From contig NZ_LT934425.1 of NCBI RefSeq assembly GCF_900232105.1, positions 930,001 through 962,000 on the forward strand: DNA of 32,000 nt, written 5' to 3'. Both the position numbers and the translations under genes were made by a program. Source of the DNA: Candidatus Kuenenia stuttgartensis. Lineage in GTDB: Bacteria > Planctomycetota > Brocadiia > Brocadiales > Brocadiaceae. The notes under the pieces were generated by a model, which saw only the letters and a list, made by a program, of their open reading frames with translations, was not told where the DNA came from and made no database searches. Of this stretch, positions 9,173-18,819 are shown piece by piece (position 1 is the first letter of the stretch; each line of letters opens with the position of its first letter).

Positions 9173-9306
9173 AACACAACCCCCCCATATAGTATAAAAT
9201 AAGGTGTACTCTCTTTTATCAAAGCATTCTATATTCAAGGTGACCCCAATTCCCCCCACTTCTCCTTCTAAGAAGGTTTCAAAAGTCTTGCATTCACCAG
9301 AGACCT

Positions 9307-9897
9307 TTAACCTTTAACAATCTTCCATAATGTTAGAAAAATCAATTTCATATCTGTGGAAAGGCTTCTTTCATTAACATATCTATTATACAGTTTTATC
9401 TTTAACGGAAGGACTTCTTTTATATAACCGCCTTCAGGGTCTTTGAATTTTTTCAACACACACTCCTCGTCTCTGAACTCAATAGCAGCATAATCTGTTA
9501 TACCTGGCTTTACTTTCAATATATTTTTGTAATCATCTTTAAACATCTCAACATATTTTAATACCTCAGGCCTGGGTCCTACAACGCTCATATCACCCTT
9601 GAGCACATTAATAATTTGCGGAAGTTCATCAAACTTTGTTTTTCTTAGAAACCTCCCAATCTTCGTGATACGAGAGTCACCCGCAGAGGTAATCTGCGGA
9701 CCGCGTTGTGATGCGTCAACAACCATTGTCCTGAATTTGTATAAACTAAATAGCTTGAAATTCTTCCCTACCCTTTTTTGTATAAAAAAGACAGGCCCGG
9801 CGCTGTCAAGTTTAATAAGGATTGCAATCAGAAGAAAAAGCGGAAGAAGGATAAGCAGTGAGAAAAAGGAGGAAATAATGTCAAACAGACGCTTCAT
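9307..9897 (-). CDS. bacterial sugar transferase (undecaprenyl-phosphate sugar phosphotransferase)
   Basis: [25 protein letters not shown]...[31 protein letters not shown] family signature. Confidence 0.93.
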   Translation of the reverse strand: [196 protein letters not shown]

Positions 9898-10129
9898 TTT
9901 TTTATAGGTTAAAGGTGGTAGGTTTTTGGTTTTGGGTAGTAGGTTATTGGTATTTGGTAATTATAGTTCATTTGGTATTGTTTTTTATCTTCCAGGAAAT
10001 TAGGGATTTTTCCAGAGATTTTAACATCCTGCTGCATTCTTCATATCGATTAATCAAATCTTTAAACTTTAGCTCTTCAATATATCCTTTTCTAAATGTC
10101 ATTTTAAGATGATATTTCGTTTCTCAGGA

Positions 10130-10200
10130 GCATTCCCGATTTTTTGTAACCGTTTGTGTGATTGGGGCAAAACAATGCTGCAAGGGATGTGGCAAGCCTG
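10130..10200. repeat. half-copy of GCATTCCCGATTTTTTGT MITE family
   Basis: left terminus and start of inner sequence (ttgtaac..gtttgtgtgattGGGGCAAAACAA) as in the 12428-12567 copy. Confidence 0.55.
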
Positions 10201-10473
10201 TCCCCCGCTGGCGGGGGATTAAGGGGGTGGAATTGTCTGCGGAGGAAATCTGGGAGGTTTATAACATGAATAGCCATAAGTTTTTCTTCTCATTCCTACG
10301 TTCTGCGGGAATGCATGTCACGAAACAGGATAAAATTGTCCATTTGACCAGTCTGCGGAGCGTGGGAAAGAGGGTCAAATTTGTTTTCATAATAAAGGGG
10401 TAGTTGAATCGATGGAGAAATCCAGTCCACCCCCTGCACCCCCGCCAGCGGGGGACATAGTTTGAACAACAGG

Positions 10474-10627
10474 AACATTCCCGATTTTTGGTTAACTAAT
10501 TGTACATTGTACATTGTAGCACAAGCATCCTGCTTGTGGCATTTTACCCTCAAGCTGGAAGCTTGAGTTACTATTCTTCCACTCCCCCCCTGCTAATTAC
10601 ATTTTTACAAAAAATCGGGAATGTTCC
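10474..10627. mobile_element. divergent MITE of the ATTCCCGATTTTT family
   Basis: GGAACATTCCCGATTTTTGGT ... ACAAAAAATCGGGAATGTTCC. Confidence 0.55.
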
Positions 10628-10898
10628 CTGAAGCATCGTTTCTCTGGTTTCTCCCAAAGCCCTGTTTCTTCCTTCAAGATACATATTCACATGCTTATTA
10701 TTCCAACCTTCTGCAACATTTGCAGGAGCAGAATTAGAAGCGCGTCTTACTTGTGACCAAGTTCATACAGCTCAAACTTTGGAAGTGTAAACGTGAGATC
10801 ATTCACCTCTATATGCAAATCACACATTTTTTGATATACCTCCAAATCTTCATAACTTTCAATTTTCCACCTAACACCTTTAACCCAACACCCCTCAC

Positions 10899-12062
10899 CT
10901 AACTTCCGCCGCCCAAAACTATCTCTCTCACTGCTTCCACAACCCTGACCTGGTCTTTCTCAGTCATTTTTGTATACAGAGGCAAACTAACTGCTCTTTC
11001 ATACACAGCTAAGGCATTAGGAAAATCCTGCGGTTTAAGATTATACGTATCACGCCAATAAGGATGTAAATGGAGCGGTATAAAATGAACACTACAACCA
11101 ATACCCTTTTCAGCCATCAGTTCAATAAAGCGGTCGCGGGAAATAGAGACCTCTGGTTTTAAACGCACTATATACAAATGCCATGCGTGCAGGTCATACT
11201 CCTGCGCCTTGGGAGGTAAGGTAACCGGCAAATCACTAAATGCTTCATCATAATACGCTGCCATCTCAGTGCGTCGTTTTTGAAACGCCCGTGCCTTTTT
11301 CAGTTGATGAATCCCAAGACTTGCGGCAACATCGGTCATATTATATTTAAAGCCAGGGGCAACCACCTCATAATGCCAGGAAGGTTTTGTTGCAGTGTAT
11401 CTATTAAACACATCACGATTAATTCCGTGCAATCGCATTACACGACACCGTTTTGCAATCTCAGCATCACGAAGTACAATCATTCCCCCCTCACCAGTTG
11501 CAATAGTCTTAGTCACATAAAAACTATACACCGTAGCATCAGTTTCAAGCGTACCAACCAATTTCCCATGATACGTAGTCGGCAATGAATGCGCAGCGTC
11601 TTCAACTATCTTCAATCCGTATTTTTTGGCAATTGCCATAATCGGATCCATATCGCAAGCCAGTCCAGCAAAATGTACCGGAATAATCGCTTTAGTACGT
11701 GGCGTAATCGCGCTCTCTATTCTTAATGGATCAATGTTAAGAGTATTTTGGTCAATATCAACAAAGACTGGATGTGCGCCTAAATAGCGAATCACCTCTG
11801 CCGTTGCCGTAAAGGTGTGTGGGGTTGTAATTACTTCATCTCCGGCACCAATTCCCAATGCCTCTAATGCTAAGTGCAACCCTGCCGTAGCAGAATTTAC
11901 GGCAATTGCCTCAACCCCATCACCAATAAAAGCAGCAAAATCCTCTTCAAAGCGTTTCGTTTTAGGTCAGGTCGTGAGCCATCCGGAGCGAAGTGAGTCG
12001 ACCACTTCAGCGATCTCTTCTTCACCAATATCCGGCAGGGCAAATGGTAGGAAATCATTCAT
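10899..12062 (-). pseudogene. DegT/DnrJ/EryC1/StrS aminotransferase interrupted by in-frame TGA
   Basis: ORF 10899-11879 plus same-frame N-terminus [69 protein letters not shown]; TGA complement at 11967-11969. Confidence 0.85.
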
Positions 12063-12140
12063 ATATTTTTATTTAAACAAAACTACACCTCGTAGGTGCA
12101 GGTGCGCCTTCTTAAACCTTCCAAACAATAAACAAAGGTA

Positions 12141-12369
12141 GTATTCCCGATTTTTTGTAAAAAAATTCAAATGTAGGGTGGATTAAGCGATAGCGAATCC
12201 ACCATTCCATATCATTATTGTTGGATTCAGCTTCGCAGTGACAAGGCACGCCTTGCCACTACAATTTACATAAAAAACCCTGACAGGGTTAAAATAAAAA
12301 AGAATGCTTGCGATACAATACCCCTCTTACAACAGGCAGGTGTGAAGATTTACAAAAAATCGGGAATGC
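12141..12369. mobile_element. larger MITE-like unit bounded by GTATTCCCGATTTTTTGT / ACAAAAAATCGGGAATGC
   Basis: inverted termini at 12141-12158 and 12352-12369 with different interior. Confidence 0.6.
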
Positions 12370-12371
12370 AC

Positions 12372-12955
12372 CTAGTAAACCTTCCTTATTTCTTCGAGGA
12401 AATCCTTTGTTGTTCTAACTTTAATAAGGGAGCATTCCCGATTTTTTGTAAGTGTTCATGGAGTTGGGGCAAAACAACCCTGACAGGGTTTGAAACCCTG
12501 TCAGGGTTAACACTACTGTACGTTTTATTAAACATGGCGGGAGTCACAAAAAATCGGGAATGCACCCCTTTAATAACAGCTTTAACTTTATCTGTAAAGA
12601 AGTGCGAATCACCCGTAAGCAGACAATCTACCCTTGCATAAAGCGCTGCGGCCAGTATCGGTATATCTTTTTCATGGGCTATCAACTCTTTTGCCTTTGC
12701 CAATTCTCCTGCATATTTCTTCCTCGCTAATATTTCTATATCACACAAAGCTCTGTCTATCTCCGATAGGGCAATCTCAAGGGTACGTTCTCCGAGGTAT
12801 TTTAGCTTCTTTTTAGTAACCTTCTTGAGTTCGTCAACCACATCCTCACTGGTAATCAGGTACAGTTCCGGCATATTCAATATCTTAGACTCGCTGCCCT
12901 CAAAAAAGATACCGGAGATAAGAATATTAGTGTCCAGAAATATTTTGTACCTCAT
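12372..12955 (-). pseudogene. PIN-domain toxin (VapC-like) disrupted near the C-terminus by MITE 12428-12567
   Basis: MRYKIFLDTNILISGIFF...KDIPILAAALYARVDCLLTGDSHFF; removing MITE plus one TSD restores ...KAVIKVRTTKDFLEEIRKVY*; ORF track calls 12386-12955. Confidence 0.8.
12428..12567. mobile_element. 140-bp MITE, 9-bp TSD CTTTAATAA
   Basis: termini GGGAGCATTCCCGATTTTTTGT / ACAAAAAATCGGGAATGCACCC; direct repeats 12419-12427 and 12568-12576; inner palindrome AACCCTGACAGGGTTTGAAACCCTGTCAGGGTT. Confidence 0.85.
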
Positions 12956-13167
12956 CTTCGAATATTCTCAATCTCTTTCAACATCGATGTCTCAGTGATA
13001 CCCTCCTTCTTTACAAGCCATCTCAGATATGTCCTGCTTTTTTCGGCATACGCCTTTCTAAGCGCAGCATTTATAGCTTCAGACACATCAGAAAATGTAC
13101 CAAGCCTTACCTCTTCTTCTATCTTTTTATACAAATCATCTGGTATATCCATAGCAACCTTTTGCAT
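12952..13167 (-). CDS. ribbon-helix-helix antitoxin-like protein
   Basis: 71 aa, MQKVAMDIPDDLYKKIEEEVRLGTFSDVSEAINAALRKAYAEK; overlaps start of PIN gene. Confidence 0.75.
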   Translation of the reverse strand: MQKVAMDIPDDLYKKIEEEVRLGTFSDVSEAINAALRKAYAEKSRTYLRWLVKKEGITETSMLKEIENIRR

Positions 13168-13718
13168 TCTTTATTACCTCCTTTAAACATCTTAATCAAT
13201 TTCAATTTCGTGTTCAAGTAAACCCTGTTAAATAAGGTGTTGCTTGTGAGTGCGGATTAAATAGCCGACAGCGACTCATCATATTACCCCGGATTATATT
13301 ATAGGCATTCTTTTTTAAACAGGGTAAATATTGTGGTGTATCCATTCTTGTTGCTATATACCTTTAAGGAAAAGGGCAATTTCTATTAAAGCCACACAAG
13401 CAGCTTATAACCTGCTATGCCTATCCATTCATGGATTGCAAAATAAGATACGGCAAAGCTTCCCACCGGGGGAAAAACTCAAAGGGTAAGGGGGAGAAAG
13501 TCGTCTTTCATTTTGTGCCTTGGCTATCTTTTTTTATTGTAACCAGATAATGTGTTCTCAAAAATGGCATCTTCTCCAGGAGATAGCACAATAGCTATGA
13601 ATACGGGGCAAGGGTGATGCATTTGAGATCGATTTGGCAATGGGGAAAGAGTTCGTAAATTTCTTTCTTCTTTACGACTTTCACATCGGGGTTTTTGGGG
13701 TTGTACAATAAAGCAATT

Positions 13719-13925
13719 TTATAAACTCATCATAAAATCAACCTCTTTTTTCCCATCCTGGTCAAGGTCTTTATAGAATTTATTAAAATCGGTCTTTGCC
13801 TCTTCTTTATTAATTCTCAATATCTTTACGACTTCATTAAAATCATCGGTTGATAACTTTCCAAATTCCTTTTCAAATATCCCTTTGACTAATTGTGCTA
13901 CCTTTTCATACCTGTCATTGCTCAT
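13719..13925 (-). CDS. small hypothetical protein
   Basis: 68-aa ORF with partial EF-hand-like DLDQDGKKEVDF segment. Confidence 0.45.
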   Translation of the reverse strand: MSNDRYEKVAQLVKGIFEKEFGKLSTDDFNEVVKILRINKEEAKTDFNKFYKDLDQDGKKEVDFMMSL

Positions 13926-13951
13926 AGTGTCTCCTTATTTCTCTTACAATT

Positions 13952-15091
13952 TCATTTTCTATGACAATCCTTTATCACCCTTATCACCCTATCAATATCA
14001 CCGGTCGTCATCGCAGTCCCGGATGGTAAACAAAGCCCTCTTTTAAAAAGGTCTTCACACACTGCACCGCCGCGCATGGAACAGCCCTTAAAAACCGGCT
14101 GCATATGCATCGGTTTCCAGACAGGGCGGGATTCGATATTCTCTCTTTCCAATGCCTGACGGACTGCTTCCCGGTCAGCACCAAAGTCCTCAGGCGTAAT
14201 CAGTATGACGGTCAGCCATCTGGTCGCTCGCCCGTATGAGGCCTCAGGCATGAATTCGATCCCAGGCATATCGGCCAGTACCTTACGGTAATAGTCACAT
14301 ATCCAGCGCTTCTTTTCGACACGCTCATGCAGAACGCGCAACTGGCCCCGGCCAATCGCCGCAACAATATTGCTCATCCGGTAGTTGTACCCTATCTGCG
14401 TATGTTCGTAGTGAGGCGCAGGGTCACGGGCCTGCTGTGAAAGGAATTTTGCCTTTTTTATCAGGTCCCCATCGTCTGAGGCCAGCATCCCGCCCCCGGA
14501 CGTGGTGATGATCTTGTTTCCGTTAAAAGAATACACCACAAAGGCAGATCCCTTCCCGGCATGTCGTCCCTTATACGTTGCACCAAGGGCCTCAGCCGAG
14601 TCTGAGACAACTGGGATATGGTACTGATTACAGATATCGAGAATCCTGTCAAGGTCAGCAGCCTGTCCGAGTATGTCTGCACTGATGACCGCCTTCGGGA
14701 GATTGCCCTGCTTATTTCTGAATGACAGCTCTTCTGCCAACAGATCAGGGTCCATATTCCATGACTTTGCCTCAGAGTCGACAAATGACAGTTTTGCGCC
14801 CTGAAAAATAACCGGACTCACGCCACCAATAAAAGTGAAAGATGGAGCAATCACCTCATCGCCAGGGCCGACACCCAACAGACGCAGGGCAAGATGCATT
14901 GCGCTGGTGCCGCTCGACACGGCCGCCGCATGCGGAATACTTACCATCTCAGAGAATTCCCGCTCAAACGCATCAACATGTGGCCCAACCGGCGCAATGT
15001 AGTTGCTCTCAAAGGCCTGTTTGACAAATTCAAGCTCCTGCCCGCCCATGTGAGGCGGAGAGAGAAAAATACTTTTATTTAACTCAGCCAT
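13952..15091 (-). CDS. DegT/DnrJ/EryC1/StrS family aminotransferase
   Basis: 379 aa, SSGTSAMHLALRLLGVGPGDEVIAPSFTF, YSFNGNKIITTSGGGM catalytic-Lys motif. Confidence 0.93.
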   Translation of the reverse strand: MAELNKSIFLSPPHMGGQELEFVKQAFESNYIAPVGPHVDAFEREFSEMVSIPHAAAVSSGTSAMHLALRLLGVGPGDEVIAPSFTFIGGVSPVIFQGAKLSFVDSEAKSWNMDPDLLAEELSFRNKQGNLPKAVISADILGQAADLDRILDICNQYHIPVVSDSAEALGATYKGRHAGKGSAFVVYSFNGNKIITTSGGGMLASDDGDLIKKAKFLSQQARDPAPHYEHTQIGYNYRMSNIVAAIGRGQLRVLHERVEKKRWICDYYRKVLADMPGIEFMPEASYGRATRWLTVILITPEDFGADREAVRQALERENIESRPVWKPMHMQPVFKGCSMRGGAVCEDLFKRGLCLPSGTAMTTGDIDRVIRVIKDCHRK

Positions 15092-15631
15092 TTATTGAAT
15101 ATTTGTTCAAATAATTACTTATTATTTCGGGTGTATTCCCGATTTTTTGTGATTTCCGCCATGTTTTAATGAAACGTTGCAGTAGTGTTAACCCTGACAG
15201 GGTTCCAAACCCTGTCAGGGTTGTTTTGCCCCGACTCCATGAACGCTTACAAACAATCGGGAATGCACCCATTATTTCTTCTAAAACATCTCTCAATTTC
15301 GGAATCTCAGAATTGAGAATAGTTCCCTCAAAATGCTTGTGATTTTTAAAGCTTAACATTGGTTTATGCACAGCATTATCATATCGGAATATTATATTGT
15401 CTTTTTATCCTGGTAATGGAATGCATAAGAAAGTTTTTCAATCTTGTATCTCAGGTCAACATATTCAGTAACAAATAGCTTTGAATCATCAATGAATTGT
15501 ATAATTGTTTTTATTAAACCAATCTTTTCTGTCCTGGAATCAATCTTTAGTTACGATGTTATAATAAAGCCGGATTTTGAATATTCATTAATTATCTTTG
15601 CAAATTCTTGCAAATATTCAGCTATTAACAT
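15084..15631 (-). pseudogene. DUF6516 / TumE-like gene, decayed, with in-frame MITE insertion near its 3' end
   Basis: MLIAEYLQEFAKIINEYSKSGFIITS*LKIDSRTEKIGLIKTIIQFIDDSKLFVTEYVDLRYKIEKLSYAFHYQDK-frameshift-NIIFRYDNAVHKPMLSFKNHKHFEGTILNSEIPKLRDVLEEI. Confidence 0.65.
15129..15270. mobile_element. 142-bp MITE, 8-bp TSD ATTATTTC
   Basis: GGGTGTATTCCCGATTTTTTGT ... CAAACAATCGGGAATGCACCC; TSD at 15121-15128 and 15271-15278; interior homologous to 12428-12567 in opposite orientation. Confidence 0.85.
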
Positions 15632-15914
15632 ATTCAATATCTTTAAGCTTTTTCAGTTCATCAAGAATTCTATCCCGTATTTTCAATTCACCTGCCCATG
15701 TAATGTATTCATCATCACCACCTTTTAAATCTTCTGTAGTAAATTCCTTTAAAAATATTTCTGATGAAACCTCATATTCCCCTTCAAATTCTTTTATTTC
15801 CCTGTTCGTCCTATTCAAACCAATTTCCAGTCTCTTTATTTCAGCAGAAATAGCAGATTTAACTATCTCTTCTGTCGCTTTTTCTTCAGCTATAATTTTC
15901 AATTTACTCATCAA
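15618..15914 (-). CDS. small helical/coiled-coil protein, paralogue of 7225-7521
   Basis: 98-aa ORF; stop overlaps ATG of the downstream DUF6516 gene. Confidence 0.6.
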   Translation of the reverse strand: MMSKLKIIAEEKATEEIVKSAISAEIKRLEIGLNRTNREIKEFEGEYEVSSEIFLKEFTTEDLKGGDDEYITWAGELKIRDRILDELKKLKDIEYVNS

Positions 15915-15988
15915 AACACCCCCTCTTCATAACCTCCCAATTTCCCATCTTTTCAACCTCACACCTTCCCAACTTCTTAATTTCCCGT

Positions 15989-16675
15989 TTAACCAAAAAT
16001 CGTCTGGAAAATATATTTAATATCATTAATAAAGCTATAATTCTCAACATATTCACGGTTTAGCTTTACTTTATCAGGGAAAAGCACCTCTCGATTATAT
16101 TTTTCCGGATCACCTTGCGCTGCCAAAATCTCTTCCTCATTTTTGTATTTCAATGTTGCCGGGCTTGTAATACCAGGCCTTACAGACAAAATCACCCGAT
16201 CATCACCCGTTAGCATATCTGCAAAACCAGGGACATCAGGCCGTGGTCCTACAAAGCTCATATGCCCAAAAAACACATTAATCAGTTGAGGTAGCTCATC
16301 AATCTTTGTCTTGCGGAATAATCGACCAAGCGGTGTAATCCGAGGATCATGTGTAGTAGTAACTGTTGTATCAATGGATGGGATATAACGCATTGTGCGA
16401 ATTTTAATAACCGTGAAGGGTTTCCCATGTTTCCCAATACGTGTTTGAGTAAAAACCCCACTTTCCCTCGTATCAATTAAAGCCGCTATATAAGCCAGAA
16501 TGATAATCCAGCCTGTCAGGATCAAGCCTATTGAAGAGACTACAAAATCGAAGCCTCTTTTTAAAAATCGGTTAAAGGGGGATAGTCCTTGTTTTGGCTT
16601 TCCCAATCCATTGACTTGTCTGTTATTCCCGGGTGTTTCTTTTTCCCGTTGTATTTTATATTCTGCAATTGTCAT
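15989..16675 (-). CDS. bacterial sugar transferase
   Basis: [22 protein letters not shown]...[31 protein letters not shown]. Confidence 0.92.
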   Translation of the reverse strand: [228 protein letters not shown]

Positions 16676-16819
16676 AGAGATTGTTTAATAATTAAGATGC
16701 GACCCTTTTCGTTCTCTTTTATGTCTTATGTCTTATATTTTTTGACTTACGACTTAAAACTTATGACGTACGATTTGTATTTATTCGACTTTCGACTTAC
16801 GACGTATGACTTATTTTTT

Positions 16820-16966
16820 TTAAGTCAGCAATCCCCATATTGACCCAAGTCCGTAACTGAAATGAAGGATTGCAAAGACCATGGGAAGGCTAAAGAAATA
16901 TCTGTTCCCATGTTTATATGAGAGCATGGCCGAAGAAAATACATTGGCCAATGCATAACAGCCTGA
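16820..16966 (-). pseudogene. C-terminal remnant of membrane-associated glycosyltransferase (copy 1)
   Basis: YALANVFSSAMLSYKHGNRYFFSLPMVFAILHFSYGLGSIWGLLT*. Confidence 0.6.
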
Positions 16967-17036
16967 AATTACAGCCAGAAGCCCACAACCGAGGTCCAAA
17001 ATTATGTATTAAAATACCGGCAATAGAGAGAAATAA

Positions 17037-17395
17037 TCATCTCCAATTGCTTAAAAATTCCAATCTACTTCTCGTGTCTATATCATTGAGCGAGAACCAG
17101 AGTTTCATAAATCTTTTTAGAAGAATTCCGACCGGCAGTTGGTCAGATAATATTATTCCTGCATGCTCTTTTCCGTTTCTCAAATATTCATTATGCAGGA
17201 TGGCAAAATCTCACTTATTATGGGTAAATATCGCTCTTCCTTCTTTCGTAGCATAAGCAAGTTGTTCCTCGTCAGACTTTCCATCATTTCTTACCTGCTG
17301 GGTGGTAACTGCATTAACCCCTCTGTTTATGAGTGCTTGTGCAAAAGCCAGCGGAACATCTTCGTCAAGATAGGGCTTTATCTTTATTTCTGAAT
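17037..17395 (-). pseudogene. DUF5615-family putative toxin with in-frame TGA
   Basis: IKIKPYLDEDVPLAFAQALINRGVNAVTTQQVRNDGKSDEEQLAYATKEGRAIFTHNK*DFAILHNEYLRNGKEHAGIILSDQLPVGILLKRF; TGA complement at 17211-17213; no clear start codon. Confidence 0.75.
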
Positions 17396-17662
17396 AAGTT
17401 TCTTAATGTTTTCTTCACTATTTTCATCTGTCTCCTTATCTATATCTTCCTGATGCTCATAATAGTATGATAGAGCATCATGTATTTGCGAAAGTGTAAG
17501 ATGGGGGAATTCTCGTGCAAGTTCTTCAGGCGAAAGGCCGAGTCTGTAATAGGCCACGATATTCGATACCCTCGTCCTTGTTCCAACGATTATTGACTTT
17601 CCTCCGCCTATATCTTCTTTTGAAGTTATATATGGATGAACAACCTTTGTAGACATGATCAC
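17384..17662 (-). CDS. DUF433-family antitoxin-like protein
   Basis: YITSKEDIGGGKSIIVGTRTRVSNIVAYYRLGLSPEELAREFPHLTLSQIHDALSYYYEH. Confidence 0.85.
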   Translation of the reverse strand: MIMSTKVVHPYITSKEDIGGGKSIIVGTRTRVSNIVAYYRLGLSPEELAREFPHLTLSQIHDALSYYYEHQEDIDKETDENSEENIKKLIQK

Positions 17663-17692
17663 CTCCTGTTTATATGTATAAGAATTTTAGCG

Positions 17693-17875
17693 TTATTTTA
17701 ACTTACCATAAAAGATATGTCCATTTTTCGTAATCCATTTCCTTACGGTCAGCAATCCCCATATTGACCCAAGTCCGTAACTGAAATGAAGGGTTGCAAA
17801 GACTATGGGAAGCATAAAGAAATATCTGAACCCATGTTTATAGGAGAGCATGACCGAGGAAAATACATTGGCCAA
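17693..17875 (-). pseudogene. C-terminal remnant of glycosyltransferase (copy 2)
   Basis: MANVFSSVMLSYKHGFRYFFMLPIVFATLHFSYGLGSIWGLLT, near-repeat of 16820-16966. Confidence 0.6.
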
Positions 17876-18020
17876 CGTATAACACAGCGAAGATTCTCCT
17901 CTTATCCCTCGTAAAACTGGGAATTATTAGAGCGAAAATCCTCGAATAAAAAAAGTTTTTACACAGTATCCTATAATAGTGTAAATATTACGCCTATTAC
18001 GTCACTCATGTAAATTGGAA

Positions 18021-18668
18021 TTATGACCTCTCGTTCATAAGATCCCATTTATATACCCTGGACTTTTCACCCTTATGAACTTCTGTTTCTGAATCATAAA
18101 CTCCACCCATTTTTTCATAAAATCGACAAGCAGCTATGAGATTTGATCCCACAACCACTTTAAATCGAAAAACCCCTCTGGTTTTGAATTCATCTACTAA
18201 TTTAATAAAAAGCTTTCTCGCCACGCCTTTACCTTGATAATTTTCTTCAACAACGATGCTTAATAATTCTGCGTCTGGCAGGTCGTTTTCTTTTTTTGCC
18301 GGATAAAATAAAGTTTCTAAGGTCTTTCTCATAGTTACCGGCTTTAATAATTTTGGTAATAAATATACTGTTCCTTTTATAAAATTCTTTTTAAAAAATT
18401 CCTTATAAAACCCACGAATACTAATTACCCCTGATACAAACCCAACAATCTTCCCATCTTCCACTTCTATTAGATAAAAAGCATTATTTGAATTATTCAT
18501 TAATTGGTATATAAGTTTTAAAAAAGGGATTCCCAGGGTACTCAAAAATCCTGTATCTATGTATTTATTGTGAAGATTAGCGATTTGCTCTACCTCTATA
18601 TTTTTAAGTCTTTTGGTACTCATATTCTTCTTTAAAGTATTTCTACAATCCTCTCTCCTACTGAGCAT
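18021..18668 (-). CDS. GNAT-family N-acetyltransferase
   Basis: ELLSIVVEENYQGKGVARKLFIKLVDEFKTRG...AACRFYEKMGG; start may be internal MSTKRLKN. Confidence 0.85.
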   Translation of the reverse strand: MLSRREDCRNTLKKNMSTKRLKNIEVEQIANLHNKYIDTGFLSTLGIPFLKLIYQLMNNSNNAFYLIEVEDGKIVGFVSGVISIRGFYKEFFKKNFIKGTVYLLPKLLKPVTMRKTLETLFYPAKKENDLPDAELLSIVVEENYQGKGVARKLFIKLVDEFKTRGVFRFKVVVGSNLIAACRFYEKMGGVYDSETEVHKGEKSRVYKWDLMNERS

Positions 18669-18819
18669 TATCGTGTTTTTTCATCCATATGAGATGTACC
18701 CTCTCTTTTGTAAGGCTAACCTCAAAACCTATTTCATTTTTACCCTGAAATGTTTTGAGGGGGATTTCATGGCCATTATCAAATAAAATAGCACTTTTAA
18801 CATTTCTGCTCCTTTCATC

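Noticed and set aside
9173-9259. N-terminal extension of the 8810-9259 ORF
   Set aside because: Translates an intergenic repeat motif; MTNKEIW at 9172 is a better start.
10158-10553. ORFs 10158-10403 (+) and 10296-10553 (-)
   Set aside because: Lie across MITE/hairpin repeats and G-rich stretches; overlapping on opposite strands, no domain signal.
13719-13925. EF-hand calcium-binding call
   Set aside because: DLDQDGKKEVDF lacks the canonical acidic position 12 and a second hand; kept as hypothetical only.
16700-16810. Repetitive 'tacgacttacgacttatgac' sequence (similar short stretch near 4895-4925)
   Set aside because: Degenerate low-complexity intergenic sequence; no defined unit length or boundaries.
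11967-17213. Idea that TGA is recoded (e.g. as Gly or Sec) because two genes carry in-frame TGA
   Set aside because: The same DUF5615 ORF and the reconstructed hicA end in TGA, and other genes need no recoding; two independent nonsense mutations or errors are simpler.
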